From Desulfomonilia bacterium (GTDB taxonomy: Bacteria > Desulfobacterota > Desulfomonilia > UBA1062): 64,000 nucleotides of DNA. Within the stretch, counting starts at the first letter, position 1. Each line of letters begins with the position of its first letter. Both the position numbers and the translations under genes were made by a program. Under the pieces are notes generated by a model. The model saw only the letters and a program-made list of their open reading frames with translations. It had not been told where the DNA came from and ran no database searches. Below are positions 20,356-30,923 of this stretch, in pieces. The stretch spans positions 64,001 to 128,000 of the forward strand of contig JBEKDT010000007.1 in NCBI GenBank assembly GCA_050014195.1. Direction: 5' to 3'.

Positions 20356-21429
20356 TTATTTCTCAAACAGTTTAAGGTACTGGCCGTATCCCTCCTTCTG
20401 CAGGTCTTCCTTGGGGATGAACCGCAAGGCAGCCGAGTTCATGCAATAGCGCAGTCCCGTAGGAGGTGGGCCATCATTGAACACATGCCCAACATGAGAA
20501 TCTGCATGCTTGCTCCTGACCTCTGTCCTTGTAGTGAACAGGGTATTGTCCTGCTTCTCCACGATATTGCCCGGCTCCAGAGGCCGGGTAAAGCTTGGCC
20601 AGCCGGTGCCGGAGTCATACTTATCCTTGGAGCTGAACAGTGGTTCTCCGGAGACGATGTCCACATAGATCCCTTCATGTTTGTTGTTCCAATATGCATT
20701 ATCAAAAGCCGGTTCTGTTCCATCTTTCTGGGTTACCTTGAACTGCATTGGCGTGAGCTTCTTTTTCAGAACCTCTGCACTCGGCTTGGTATACGAACCT
20801 GTTCCGGTCTTACCCGGCACATACTCCCTGTCTTTCCCCCAGACCTCGTCAAGAAACTTGTCACGGCCCGAGTTGAACCGGTAGTACTTATACCGGATCG
20901 GGTTTTTCTTGTAGTAATACTGGTGGTATTCTTCTGCCTTATAGAACGGGCCAGCCTTCACGATCTCTGTGACTATGGGCTTATTAAATCTGCCGGATCT
21001 TGCAAGCCTATCCCTGGACTCCTCGGCGAGCTTCTTCTGCTCATCGTTATGATAGAAGATGGCGCTCCTATACTGGTTTCCCCTGTCCACAAACTGCCCC
21101 CCTGCGTCAGTCGGGTCTATCTGTCTCCAAAACACCTCCAGCAGTTCCGCATACGAGATCTTCGCAGGATCATAAGTTATCTGGATGGATTCTGCATGCC
21201 CTGTTGTCCCGGATGAGTTCTCCTCATAAGTGGGGTTGACAGTATGCCCCCCGGTATATCCAGAGAAAACCTCCTTCACCCCAGGGAGCTTATCAAAGGG
21301 ATGCACCATGCACCAGAAGCATCCCCCGGCAAAGGTGGCCAGTTCATATTTTGTGTTAGCTGCGTTCCCGGTAGATAGTGGTAATACAAGCAGCATGGGT
21401 ATCAATCCTTTCATGATTTTTCTAATCAT
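20356..21429 (-). CDS. msrAB: Exported methionine sulfoxide reductase MsrA/MsrB fusion
   Basis: Signal peptide; [20 protein letters not shown] and RYCMNS. Confidence 0.93.
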   Translation of the reverse strand: MIRKIMKGLIPMLLVLPLSTGNAANTKYELATFAGGCFWCMVHPFDKLPGVKEVFSGYTGGHTVNPTYEENSSGTTGHAESIQITYDPAKISYAELLEVFWRQIDPTDAGGQFVDRGNQYRSAIFYHNDEQKKLAEESRDRLARSGRFNKPIVTEIVKAGPFYKAEEYHQYYYKKNPIRYKYYRFNSGRDKFLDEVWGKDREYVPGKTGTGSYTKPSAEVLKKKLTPMQFKVTQKDGTEPAFDNAYWNNKHEGIYVDIVSGEPLFSSKDKYDSGTGWPSFTRPLEPGNIVEKQDNTLFTTRTEVRSKHADSHVGHVFNDGPPPTGLRYCMNSAALRFIPKEDLQKEGYGQYLKLFEK

Positions 21430-21595
21430 CTTTTATTCCTCCTGAATCATTGGAAACTTGTAGATGTTTATGTAGGGTTGCCTTGTGTAAAAAGAAACCC
21501 ATATCTAACTATCTTTAATTTTCAGCGAACATAAAACTGAGATGACACGACCCGGACATTCATACACCTCATTCCCGGCTTGACAGGAAGGATGC

Positions 21596-21904
21596 TCATG
21601 GATTCGTTCCCAGTGTCTCCTTATATGTTCCTGCCTTCTTCAACGCCTTTTCCATTTCGACGACGGTTACCTTTGCCGGGTCATAGAAAACAGTGTTTAT
21701 TTCTTGAGAACGATAAAATCCTTTTTCGACCCTTGTTACGCCTGGAAGCCTCTCCAAGGCCTCTTTGCCGACGTCATATCAAGCCACAACAAATATAACC
21801 TTTTTCTCTTCATCAGAAGCCTGCGCAGTCCAATGTACCCCGCATAGGAGTAAAAGCAGGAACCCAGCAATGGCAAACTTCCTCATAAGAAAGCCATTAT
21901 TCAT
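21596..21904 (-). CDS. Unannotated exported 102-aa probable selenoprotein (MsrA-like/HMA-like fold)
   Basis: AAAGGAG RBS; signal peptide; VIFVVA-U(21779-21781)-YDVGKEALERLPGVTRVEKGF...VFYDPAKVTVVEMEKAL; hairpin GAGGCCT-TGGAG-AGGCTTC after the TGA. Confidence 0.75.
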
Positions 21905-22066
21905 TGAGCATGCTCCTTTCGTCTTGGTTTTTGATCTCTCCTAATAAAATTAAGGTTCTTATTTGAATAAACCAGAGAGACTTGAGATGCCCAATAAATA
22001 CCGAAGTCCTACAACGAAACTACTAAGGAAAGGCTTTACCTTGAATATGATTAGGAGTGGTGTTCT

Positions 22067-23146
22067 TTAGAATCCATTATCTCTTTTGAAAAGAGCAAGA
22101 TACCGTCCGTAACCTTCTTTTGTCAGGTCTTCTTTTGGAATAAACAGCAGAGCAGCAGAATTCATGCAGTAACGCAGTCCTGTTGGTGCAGGACCATCCG
22201 TAAAGACATGGCCAAGGTGTGAGTCAGTAAGCTTACTCCTGACCTCCTTCACATCGATTCTCAGCATGTACGAGCTTCTATCCTGCTTCTCTACAATGTT
22301 TCCAGGTTCGAGCGGTTTTGTGAAGCTAGGCCATCCAGTACCGGAGTCATACTTGTCAAGAGAGCTGAATAGAGGCTCACCGGACACTATATCAACATAG
22401 ATCCCATCATGCTCGTTATTCCAGTACTCATTATCGAATGGTGTTTCCGTGCCCTGTTTCTGGGTCACAGCAAATTGCAGGGGTGTGAGTTCCTTTTTCA
22501 GTTCAACTATTGAAGGTTTTTTATAATCCTTATCTGTATATCGTGGGAGCGCAACACTGTTTTTCTCTGTCCATATCTTTTTCAGATAATTATCACGTCC
22601 CGAGTTATAACCAAGGGGATTCTTCTTGAAATAATGCTGATGGTATTCTTCTGCGGGATAGAACTCCGTTGCCTTAGTAATTTCTGTCACAATAGGTCTA
22701 TCAAACCTTCCTGATTCTTTAAGGGCCTGTTTTGACTGCTCGGCAAGCCGCTTTTGATTATCTGTATGATAGAAGATCTCAGTTCGATATTGTGAGCCCC
22801 TGTCAACCATCTGACCGCCACGATCTGTAGGGTCTACTTGCTTCCAGAAGACATCCAGGAGCTGTGGATAGGTAATCTGAGCAGGATCGTATGTGACCTG
22901 GATTGCTTCAGCATGTCCTGTCCTACCGGCTGATACTTCTTCATAGGTTGGGTTTTTAGTATGACCACCGGTGTATCCGGTTATCACTTCAATGACACCT
23001 GGGATATCTTCGAACGCAGCATCCATGCACCAGAAGCAGCCGCCTGCAAATGTAGCTATCTCGTATTTTGTGTCAACCGTATAGCCGGAAGAGACTGGCA
23101 GAATAAAAAGCATTGCTGTCAATCCTATCAATATTTTCCCGATCAT
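22067..23146 (-). CDS. msrAB: Second exported MsrA/MsrB fusion
   Basis: Same motifs as 20356-21429; clear paralogue. Confidence 0.93.
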   Translation of the reverse strand: MIGKILIGLTAMLFILPVSSGYTVDTKYEIATFAGGCFWCMDAAFEDIPGVIEVITGYTGGHTKNPTYEEVSAGRTGHAEAIQVTYDPAQITYPQLLDVFWKQVDPTDRGGQMVDRGSQYRTEIFYHTDNQKRLAEQSKQALKESGRFDRPIVTEITKATEFYPAEEYHQHYFKKNPLGYNSGRDNYLKKIWTEKNSVALPRYTDKDYKKPSIVELKKELTPLQFAVTQKQGTETPFDNEYWNNEHDGIYVDIVSGEPLFSSLDKYDSGTGWPSFTKPLEPGNIVEKQDRSSYMLRIDVKEVRSKLTDSHLGHVFTDGPAPTGLRYCMNSAALLFIPKEDLTKEGYGRYLALFKRDNGF

Positions 23147-23544
23147 CGTTTATTCCTCCTGAATCGTAGCTTATTCGTAGAGTTTTATTGTAGGGTTCCT
23201 ATTCTCAAAAAGAAACCCATGCCTTTGCTGGTATAATGAAGACCATACTTGAGTATGTTAAGTTATCCGGTGAAATACATTTCCAGAACAGCCTGTGGAA
23301 AAATGGGGAAGGTGTATCTATAGGTAGATTCAAGAAACACAAAAGCAAATAATCAACCCATGACAGCAATTCCCACGATTAGACTTATTGGAGAATTTTA
23401 TGAGAAGGTATTATCAATGTCTTATAAGCTTCCTATCTTTCACATTCATAAAATTAGAATATTCTAATTTTATTTTAATCATTCTTTAATCAACATATGC
23501 ATATAGGAGAACCATAAATAAATAATTCACAGGAGGATCAACCC

Positions 23545-23940
23545 ATGAAAAAAGTTATTAGTTTAATCGCAGTAATCGCACTGGTTTGCTTCACCACGAT
23601 GGTCTTCGCAGCTGATGCAGCAAAGCCCGCTGCGGCAGCACCGATGGCAGCGGCACCCGCAAAAGCCGAGATGGCAAAGGCCGATGTAATCAAGGGCAAG
23701 ATCACCAAGATCGACACTGCAGCCAACACGATCGTTGTAAAGGGCAAGACTTTCACCATAAAGGCAGAAGATATGGCCAACCTGAAAAAGGGTGAGATGG
23801 TAAAGATTACAGCAGCAGCAGGCACCCTGAACGCAGACAAGATCGAGGTTATTAAGGCAAAAAAAGCAATGAAGAAGGCTGTAAAGAAAGAAGCAGCGAA
23901 GAAAGCAGAAGAAGCACCAGCAGCTAAGCCTGCAGAATAA
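23545..23940 (+). CDS. Exported Ala/Lys-rich small beta-barrel (OB-like) protein
   Basis: AGGAGG RBS, AFA signal cleavage site, IKGKITKID...LKKGEMVKI. Confidence 0.75.
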   Translation: MKKVISLIAVIALVCFTTMVFAADAAKPAAAAPMAAAPAKAEMAKADVIKGKITKIDTAANTIVVKGKTFTIKAEDMANLKKGEMVKITAAAGTLNADKIEVIKAKKAMKKAVKKEAAKKAEEAPAAKPAE

Positions 23941-23964
23941 TACAAGTAAAGTAGTGAATGGAGG

Positions 23965-24353
23965 ATGAAGAGGGTTGCAATATTAATCTGCATCGTCGGG
24001 GTTCTCATCTTCTCCTGCAATGGACAGAATACAGACATGTCCCAGCAGAAAGGGGGAACCCCTCCTCCTGTATCTAAGAAAGTAATCACCCCGTTAGAAG
24101 TGATGGGGAAGTTTTTTTAAATAACATCCAACTCGCTGATCCTTCCTTAGGTCTAAGACCAAAGATATTTCTCACTGGTGAAGAAGGAAGGAGATACATC
24201 TTCATTATAAGGCCCACTACAACAATTTATGGACCAGATTGGAAAGCAATATCACTTGAGAAGCTTACAGTTGGGCAGCAGGTAAGAGTCCACTATATTA
24301 CTAACAAGGAAGGGTTCCAAGTAGCTAAATCTATTAAGCCTATTCAATATTGA
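23965..24353 (+). pseudogene. Lipoprotein (OB-like) split by a frameshift in a T7 tract
   Basis: MKRVAILICIVGVLIFSC lipobox ORF stops at 24120; the -1 frame continues ...LEKLTVGQQVRVHY...VAKSIK to 24353. Confidence 0.7.
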
Positions 24354-24524
24354 TAATGGGTGCCAAGGCAATCCTTTAGCGATATTATATAGTTCTAAAC
24401 ATAATCGATACTCGTCAATGAATCAGATGATGTGTAACTAACTTTAAGTTATTTGTAATTCCTCAGATCTACTTATTCAGTTCAAAGACATGGTATGATT
24501 GATTGAGGACTTATATTGGAAAAT

Positions 24525-24552
24525 CGCGCCGATAATTAAGGTTATGTTAAAT
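24525..24552 (+). other. dif-like XerC/D site
   Basis: CGCGCCGATAA-TTAAGG-TTATGTTAAAT; right arm is identical to the E. coli XerD arm. Confidence 0.8.
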
Positions 24553-24623
24553 AAGAACTGTATTATTCAATAGTTACATGTTATTAACATTTACACCATG
24601 CGTTTGCAACAATTTTCTCTCTG

Positions 24624-25208
24624 CTATCTGCCGGCGTATAAATCTGAATGAGCTCGATGTTCAAGGTAGTTCTTAATATACCTTTCTGTGAGTGGTTTGT
24701 TGCCCTTGATGATAAGCAAATTCTCGGCATTCTTTTCCTCAGCGGCCTTAGTAAAATTGAACGATCCGGATATGAGAGTATCACGGTCCAAACACATTAT
24801 TTTATTGTGAGCTATGGCGTGGGCTGTGTCTATATAGGTGGTTATCCCAGCATGAGCCATGAAATCTGCAGATGAATACTTTTCACTTCTCTGACTCTTG
24901 TCCAGGATCACCTCTACCTTAACACCTCTCTTGTGGGCATCAAGTAAGGCCTTGGCAATCGGCTTGCTTGTGAAAGAATATGCCTGCACCAGAATTTCTT
25001 TCTTGGCATGATTGATCTCCTGCACTATTGCCTCGGTGCAGCCACCTTTTGGGCTGAAGTAAACATCGGTGGTCCCTACTGATTTGAATTCTTCTGCCTG
25101 AGCCTGGCTTAAAGGCATAATGTAAAAGAACACCAGGAAAAGTAATGAATAGGCGATTAATTTCTGTTGAGTACAAGATTCTGATTTCATCTTTCCGAGC
25201 TTCATCAT
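24624..25208 (-). CDS. Exported phospholipase D-family (Nuc-like) endonuclease
   Basis: YFSP.GG, AYSFT, HNKIMCLD (HKD) and SGSFNFT..A...NAEN. Confidence 0.9.
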   Translation of the reverse strand: MMKLGKMKSESCTQQKLIAYSLLFLVFFYIMPLSQAQAEEFKSVGTTDVYFSPKGGCTEAIVQEINHAKKEILVQAYSFTSKPIAKALLDAHKRGVKVEVILDKSQRSEKYSSADFMAHAGITTYIDTAHAIAHNKIMCLDRDTLISGSFNFTKAAEEKNAENLLIIKGNKPLTERYIKNYLEHRAHSDLYAGR

Positions 25209-25348
25209 CTTAACTTCTCCTTCTATAGTTAAAATTGCTCCAATGGCGCATTATCATTCAAGGGAAAAGTAAAAGTGGGCATAGGGTTGAGGAGGCCGGG
25301 AACCGACAGACTGTAACCTAGAGCCGGCAATCCTTGTAAAGAGCCATG

Positions 25349-25768
25349 TTAAGAGCATTTATTAGATAAATTATCATTGATTTTACATGCGATATTATCA
25401 AGGTTTTTCAGCTCGCACTCCCATACAACCAGAACATTCCAGCCAAGAGATTGTAATTCAGCTTGGTTTTTTGCGTCTCTCTCGATATTTTTTCTTATTT
25501 TATCAATCCAGTATCCGGCGTTTGCTTTTGGGGTTCGCTTTCCTCTTGGGCAGTCATGGCCGTGCCAGAAGCAGCCGTTAACGAAGATCACCTTTTTTCG
25601 GGAGGGGAATACGAGATCCGGTTTGCCTGGGAGATCTTTACGGTGAAGACGGAAACGATACCCAAGTCTGTGCGTTAACGAACGAACCTTCATTTCGGGA
25701 GATGTTCCCTTCCCCCGAATACGACTCATAACCCAACTACGTTTCTCCTTGGAAAAAACATCGGTCAT
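25349..25768 (-). CDS. vsr: Very short patch repair endonuclease
   Basis: MTD..S..KRS.VMSRI, LPGKPD, GCFWHGH and VWECE. Confidence 0.93.
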   Translation of the reverse strand: MTDVFSKEKRSWVMSRIRGKGTSPEMKVRSLTHRLGYRFRLHRKDLPGKPDLVFPSRKKVIFVNGCFWHGHDCPRGKRTPKANAGYWIDKIRKNIERDAKNQAELQSLGWNVLVVWECELKNLDNIACKINDNLSNKCS

Positions 25769-26694
25769 TGGGTCAAGTCAATCCGAAGGCCAGGATCGGT
25801 TTCACACTCGTCAATGATGGAGTTGTACTCGGAAATTAGTTGCTCCGCGGTGGTTCGCCTTCCTGCCTGAGCAAATTTACCGATTTCGTACAGGTTACCC
25901 GCAAGGAACTGTTCTGCCTCGAACACATCAACCCTGTCCGCCATATCGGCCTGGTCGGCCAGCCCCTCAGCGAGCAAAGCACCACGATATGTGGTGATGA
26001 TGACGGGTTTCATGCCATTATCCAAATTCCTTCGGCATTTTCGAATCAAAGCCTCGGAGGGAGAAGTGGTGACATGGATTACAACATCTTCAACAATGAA
26101 GTCGCCCTCACGCCCTGAAACGTCATCTGCGACGTTTGCCCCATGATGCTGAAGCGGTGAATCAAGAAGAATGTTCAGTTTCGCCCCGACCAGGTGTTGC
26201 AGCATGGTTCCTACATATGTCGATCCGTTGGCCTGCGCTTGCCGCTTTTCAGCTTGTAATAGTAGATCTCTTATCACCGTCCTTAACGATTTGGAGGCGT
26301 CGAATCTAAGCACAAATGGTTTTCCAGAGAAAAACTCCTTAACACGCTCAATCCACCATGCTTCAACTTGTTCAAAATCAATAGGATTTTCGGAGTGGAG
26401 ATTGTTTAGAAAATTAACGTACTTCCGCATGTTGCCCACGCTGCCTCTGCTGGTGCGCCCACCTTCCTCGGCCAGAACGCGATCAACCCCATGCTCTTTA
26501 AGAATAGACTGAACAGCCGACTTACCTAAACCCATAACCTGTCCGCCACCATCAGTGAGCAATGCTTCCGGGTCAAGCGGCATCCCGATTTTATTGCCAT
26601 GCCGCGTAACGACCAGCGCCACGCAAATAGGCCCTTTGCCCTTCATGCGATTTTTCTGAGCGAATTCCTTCAGCTTTTCATCAATGGACATCAA
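25765..26694 (-). CDS. DUF4928-like putative restriction endonuclease
   Basis: EGGRTSRG, QHLVGAKL and GDF....IHVT; lies between dcm and vsr. Confidence 0.65.
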   Translation of the reverse strand: MMSIDEKLKEFAQKNRMKGKGPICVALVVTRHGNKIGMPLDPEALLTDGGGQVMGLGKSAVQSILKEHGVDRVLAEEGGRTSRGSVGNMRKYVNFLNNLHSENPIDFEQVEAWWIERVKEFFSGKPFVLRFDASKSLRTVIRDLLLQAEKRQAQANGSTYVGTMLQHLVGAKLNILLDSPLQHHGANVADDVSGREGDFIVEDVVIHVTTSPSEALIRKCRRNLDNGMKPVIITTYRGALLAEGLADQADMADRVDVFEAEQFLAGNLYEIGKFAQAGRRTTAEQLISEYNSIIDECETDPGLRIDLTQ

Positions 26695-27905
26695 AGACCT
26701 CTTTCCTTAATCAAATCGGCGAGTGGAGAAAGCAGCTTTTCCGCCAGATAGCGCGAAACGGGAACGGCGACCGCATCTCCCATGGCTTTATAACCGTCGT
26801 TATAGGTTCCGGGTATCTTATAGGTCTTACGAGCCCCCATCAAGGCGGCGGCTTCCCTTACTGCCAACAGACGTGTTTTGATGGAGCCGTTCTCCTTAAT
26901 GACAAGAAACTGCCTGCTACTTCCTCCCTCTGGAGTTCTCAGGCATCCAGCCAAGCCATCGAAGCGGAGCTCCAATACCTGCCGGCCATGCCTTATGCGC
27001 TTGTACCCGGGGAAAACTTTTATCCCGTTCTTTCCAGCAACCGTCATTTTTTCAAGGTGCTTTTCAGGAACGAGACTCAGAAGACGTTCGCTTTTTTCCG
27101 GCTCATCACAAAGCGTATTGATATCAATCATATCATCAAGTGTGGTTTTTCTGGCTTTGGGCTTTGGAAGATTCCACCACACCCAGTTTTCAAGTTCATT
27201 CGCCGCCTGTACTATCGACGCAGGATGACACCAGATTGGACAATCCGTTTCAAACTGCTCCGTTGGAATCTGGCTGTCCACTGCAACAACGAAAACCCTT
27301 TTGCGTGATTGCGGCACCCAATAGGAAGCATCAAGAACAACCGCACCAACCTTGTAACCACGCTCGACCAACGCATTATGCAGTTTGCGATAATGCTCGC
27401 CCTTTGCGGTTGATATCAGGCCAATAACATTTTCAGCAACCACTAGCGGAGGCTTCTTTGACTGTTCGTCCATCACACGAAGCCACTGCCAGACTAACCC
27501 GCTTCGGGAACTGGACAGGCCACCCATGTTGCCTGCAAGTGAAAGGTCCTGACACGGGAAACTGCCCCATGACAAAAGAGCCGCTGGAACACCCTCGCCT
27601 CGCACCTGTTCTATCGGACCGAGGTGGAAAACCTCTTTGTCATGGTTGGCGCAAAAAACCTTTGCTTTCTTCTCGCAGACGTCATTGGCCCATATCGTTT
27701 GAAAGAATTCTTTCAACCCCTCGGCCACAAGTCCGCTTCCTGCAAAAAAATCAAGGCAAGTTGGTTTTGAGGTTATCGCCTTCATGTGATTAGATTCCTT
27801 AATTTTGCGCATTCCAATTTTATCTGATGTCAATATTTTACTCCTCATTTTTATTAAGCCCAATGGAATTATTTTGAGTGATTCCGGTGCTTCTGTCCGG
27901 AACAA
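26691..27905 (-). CDS. dcm: DNA (cytosine-5) methyltransferase (true start probably downstream of 27905)
   Basis: FFAGSG, FPCQDLS, ENV, PQSRKR and GDAV. Confidence 0.92.
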   Translation of the reverse strand: MFRTEAPESLKIIPLGLIKMRSKILTSDKIGMRKIKESNHMKAITSKPTCLDFFAGSGLVAEGLKEFFQTIWANDVCEKKAKVFCANHDKEVFHLGPIEQVRGEGVPAALLSWGSFPCQDLSLAGNMGGLSSSRSGLVWQWLRVMDEQSKKPPLVVAENVIGLISTAKGEHYRKLHNALVERGYKVGAVVLDASYWVPQSRKRVFVVAVDSQIPTEQFETDCPIWCHPASIVQAANELENWVWWNLPKPKARKTTLDDMIDINTLCDEPEKSERLLSLVPEKHLEKMTVAGKNGIKVFPGYKRIRHGRQVLELRFDGLAGCLRTPEGGSSRQFLVIKENGSIKTRLLAVREAAALMGARKTYKIPGTYNDGYKAMGDAVAVPVSRYLAEKLLSPLADLIKERGL

Positions 27906-27993
27906 TAGGATGAAGTACGATCATAAGTGCCTTTCCTTATTAATATTTTCGTTTTGACTTATCCTAAAGACTATACCTTTTCAATATCTCCTC

Positions 27994-30888
27994 TTATTTT
28001 TCGAACCCTTTGCCTATCCCCTTGATGAGGTCTTTAACTGTTTGGACATAACTTATCTGTTTACCGTCAAATGCAACTGACCTGAACTTTAAGAGCTTAT
28101 CCATCTCAGGACTGTAGGGCACCATGTATCGCACCCCCTTCGTTGGGTCCGGGTGTGTATCTATGACACCAAACCGTTTGCCATTGACCTTAGTAATGCC
28201 CATGTAATTGCCCTCTACGGACTTGTCCTTTGGAAAGTCCACCTGAATACCTTTCTGCTCCATAAGCTGTCGATAGGACCTCTCCTCGGGAGTTAGCTGG
28301 CTTTCAGGAGTCAGCGTAATGGGTTTCCCCTGACCAAGTTCCTTCTCCAGGATCGGGGTCTTATCCTGCGGGATTTTCATGCGGTTGCCGTCATACTCCA
28401 CCTGACGGAATTTCATCATCTGATCGTATTCCTTGTCATAGGGAATCATGTATCGGACCCCTTTTGTTGGGTCTGCATGAGTATCAATAACGGCATACTT
28501 CCTGCCATCGACATCCTTTAACCCCATATAGTTCCCCTCGACAGACCTCTCCCTGGGAAATTCTACTTTGACCCCCTGCCCTTTCATCTGTTTGACATAT
28601 TGTTCTTCAGCCCTTTGTTGCTGCCATTCCTGGGCCTGTATATTTCTTTCCGCAGTGCTCATGGACCTCTCAGCCTGGATAAGCCTGTCATCGATCTGGA
28701 TGCCTCTTGGTAGCCCGTAGTCTGCAATAAGACCCTTGGGCCTTTCTCTTCCCATTACTTTCTGCAGGTCCTCAAAATTCTTGAATTCATCTTTAGAGTA
28801 ATACATGGTCACATCTTCTCTATGCCTGCTCATGGCAACATAGGCGGTGTGCTTGTCATAATGCCTTGACCCCAGCACAAAGGTCCTATCTATAGTTGCA
28901 CCTTGGGTCTTGTGCACCGTAGCTGCGTAGCCGTGATCGAAATCCTTGTACATATGGGTATCAAAGGCCACCATATCGCCCTTATCGAGCCTTACCGCCA
29001 TGCTCCCCTTGTTGATGCGTTCTACTGTTCCCAAGGCCCCGTTCCGTACTCCCATGGAAACTTCATTTCTTAAGAAAATAATCCGGTCACCGGCAGAAAA
29101 CGTCCTCTCTCCTCTTTCTGTTATGAATGTGTGCTCTGCCCCCCTGAGTTCACCAACTAATTTTCTGTACTGCCGTGCCCCCAGGTTCAGGTCAGCTACG
29201 TCCTTGTTTGTGTAGGCCATCATGAGACTGGTCCCCTGCCCTCTCTGACTGGTCCAATCTTTCATCAGTTGTTCTTTTGCTTCTTCCTTTGTCAAAAGCT
29301 CCTGGATTTTTCCATGTTCCTGATACAACATAAGAGCTTTCTCCACGTGTTCTCGCCCTCCGGAAAACTCCTTAGTTGCTTCCTTCTGCCAATCAATATT
29401 CTGTCTCCGGATCTCCGCGAGCTCCACATATCCTGTCTTCTGAATGATCCCCCGGAACGATCCCCCAGCTTCTATACTTTGTAGCTGCTCGTTGTCCCCT
29501 ACCAGGATCACTTTTGCATCGGCCTCATGTGCATGCCCAAGAACCTCATGCATCAATCTGGTTCCGACCATTCCTGCCTCATCAACCACGATGATCTCAT
29601 TCTTGCTTAACCGGTCCCGGTTATTATTCCAGTCCCAAAGCTGTCTGTGAATGGTCTTACTTTGTATCCCGCTTTCATTCTGGAGACTCTCTGCTGCAAT
29701 CCCTGAAAGGGCCAGTCCTCTCACTCGGTAACCCTGAGCCTCGCAGGCCTCACGTACTGCACCTAAGGTATAACTTTTCCCTGTTCCGGCACGGCCTATC
29801 ATGACTTCAACGTCTCCGCCGGTTGTTATTTTTCTGAAGGCCTCCTCCTGCTCCGTGGTCATGCTGAAATTGGCAATTGCCTGCTCAATGTATTGCCCCC
29901 CTACCCCGTGCGATATTTCTTTGTGCATCTCCTGGGCGGTATCCAGCATGGCCTTCTCTGATTCGAGCATGGTCCTGGTAGTGAAGAGGTCCTCTCCCCT
30001 CTCATTCTTCCCCAGCCTTATGAGCTCAGGACTGTTTTCAAGGGCATTCAAGACTTTGTTAAACTGTTCTGCGTCTTCACTGTGCCTGAATGCAAAGTCC
30101 ATGAGGTCTTCTCTCTTGAAGACTGCATCGTAATGCCCGACATGCTTCAATGCCTTTGACGGATCACTGATGATCCGTTCACCGTTCTCCCGGCATATCC
30201 GCTGGTACTCTTCGAGTCGTTCAAGTCCCCTGGTGTCTTTAAGGTGGAGATAGCCATCGGGAAGGAATTTTGCAGCTATACCGATCTTAATTTGAGGCTC
30301 AAGGTCGATGCCCCTTTCGGCATAGCTTCTATGGTCAACCTGGATATCATAACCGGCTTCCAGTAAACGCCGGTTTTGAACTATCGCCCACTCTTCTCGC
30401 CACTTGATAAGTTCGTACCTGTTGTTCCATGCTGTTACCTTTTTCCCAAAACCATCCTCGGTGATTTCTCTCGTTGTAAGCATGATATGAACATGTGGGT
30501 TGTTCTCACTTTTGTGGATACAAATATCTGCTATCATCCCTTTGTCAACGAACTGGGCCTGCGCATATTCTCTTACAAGTGCAATCTGTTGCTCCAGGTT
30601 CAATTCCTTGGGGAGGGCAAGCTCGACCTCGCGTGATAGTTGAGAATCGATTCGTTTTTCTGCTCTCTCAACTTCATTCCAGAGAGTCTGCCGGTCTTTC
30701 AAGCGCTCAGGGGCATTTTCAGGAAGAAGTATTTCACAATGGGCAAGATCCCTCTTTTTCGTATAGTCGAATTCCATCCCCGACCGTTCATCAAGCAGTT
30801 TATCTCTTGAACGATATGCTGCAGCGGCAACAGCACATTTGCCCCCTCCTCTGCTGATAATCTTCACACTGATATGATAACACGCCAT
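27994..30888 (-). CDS. traA: TraA-type MobA/MobL (MOBQ) relaxase fused to a RecD-like helicase
   Basis: AAAAYR, ALPKEL, H..NPHVH.M, DHRSY; GRAGTGKS, DEAGM and HKTQG. Confidence 0.93.
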   Translation of the reverse strand: MACYHISVKIISRGGGKCAVAAAAYRSRDKLLDERSGMEFDYTKKRDLAHCEILLPENAPERLKDRQTLWNEVERAEKRIDSQLSREVELALPKELNLEQQIALVREYAQAQFVDKGMIADICIHKSENNPHVHIMLTTREITEDGFGKKVTAWNNRYELIKWREEWAIVQNRRLLEAGYDIQVDHRSYAERGIDLEPQIKIGIAAKFLPDGYLHLKDTRGLERLEEYQRICRENGERIISDPSKALKHVGHYDAVFKREDLMDFAFRHSEDAEQFNKVLNALENSPELIRLGKNERGEDLFTTRTMLESEKAMLDTAQEMHKEISHGVGGQYIEQAIANFSMTTEQEEAFRKITTGGDVEVMIGRAGTGKSYTLGAVREACEAQGYRVRGLALSGIAAESLQNESGIQSKTIHRQLWDWNNNRDRLSKNEIIVVDEAGMVGTRLMHEVLGHAHEADAKVILVGDNEQLQSIEAGGSFRGIIQKTGYVELAEIRRQNIDWQKEATKEFSGGREHVEKALMLYQEHGKIQELLTKEEAKEQLMKDWTSQRGQGTSLMMAYTNKDVADLNLGARQYRKLVGELRGAEHTFITERGERTFSAGDRIIFLRNEVSMGVRNGALGTVERINKGSMAVRLDKGDMVAFDTHMYKDFDHGYAATVHKTQGATIDRTFVLGSRHYDKHTAYVAMSRHREDVTMYYSKDEFKNFEDLQKVMGRERPKGLIADYGLPRGIQIDDRLIQAERSMSTAERNIQAQEWQQQRAEEQYVKQMKGQGVKVEFPRERSVEGNYMGLKDVDGRKYAVIDTHADPTKGVRYMIPYDKEYDQMMKFRQVEYDGNRMKIPQDKTPILEKELGQGKPITLTPESQLTPEERSYRQLMEQKGIQVDFPKDKSVEGNYMGITKVNGKRFGVIDTHPDPTKGVRYMVPYSPEMDKLLKFRSVAFDGKQISYVQTVKDLIKGIGKGFEK

Positions 30889-30923
30889 TAATCAGCTTCC
30901 ATCTTGTTTAATCTCAAGCACAA

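Noticed and set aside
23538-24089. 183-aa hydrophobic minus-strand ORF
   Set aside because: It is the antisense shadow of the Ala/Lys-rich exported gene; the same applies to most nested ORFs such as 20485-21216 and 45376-46164.
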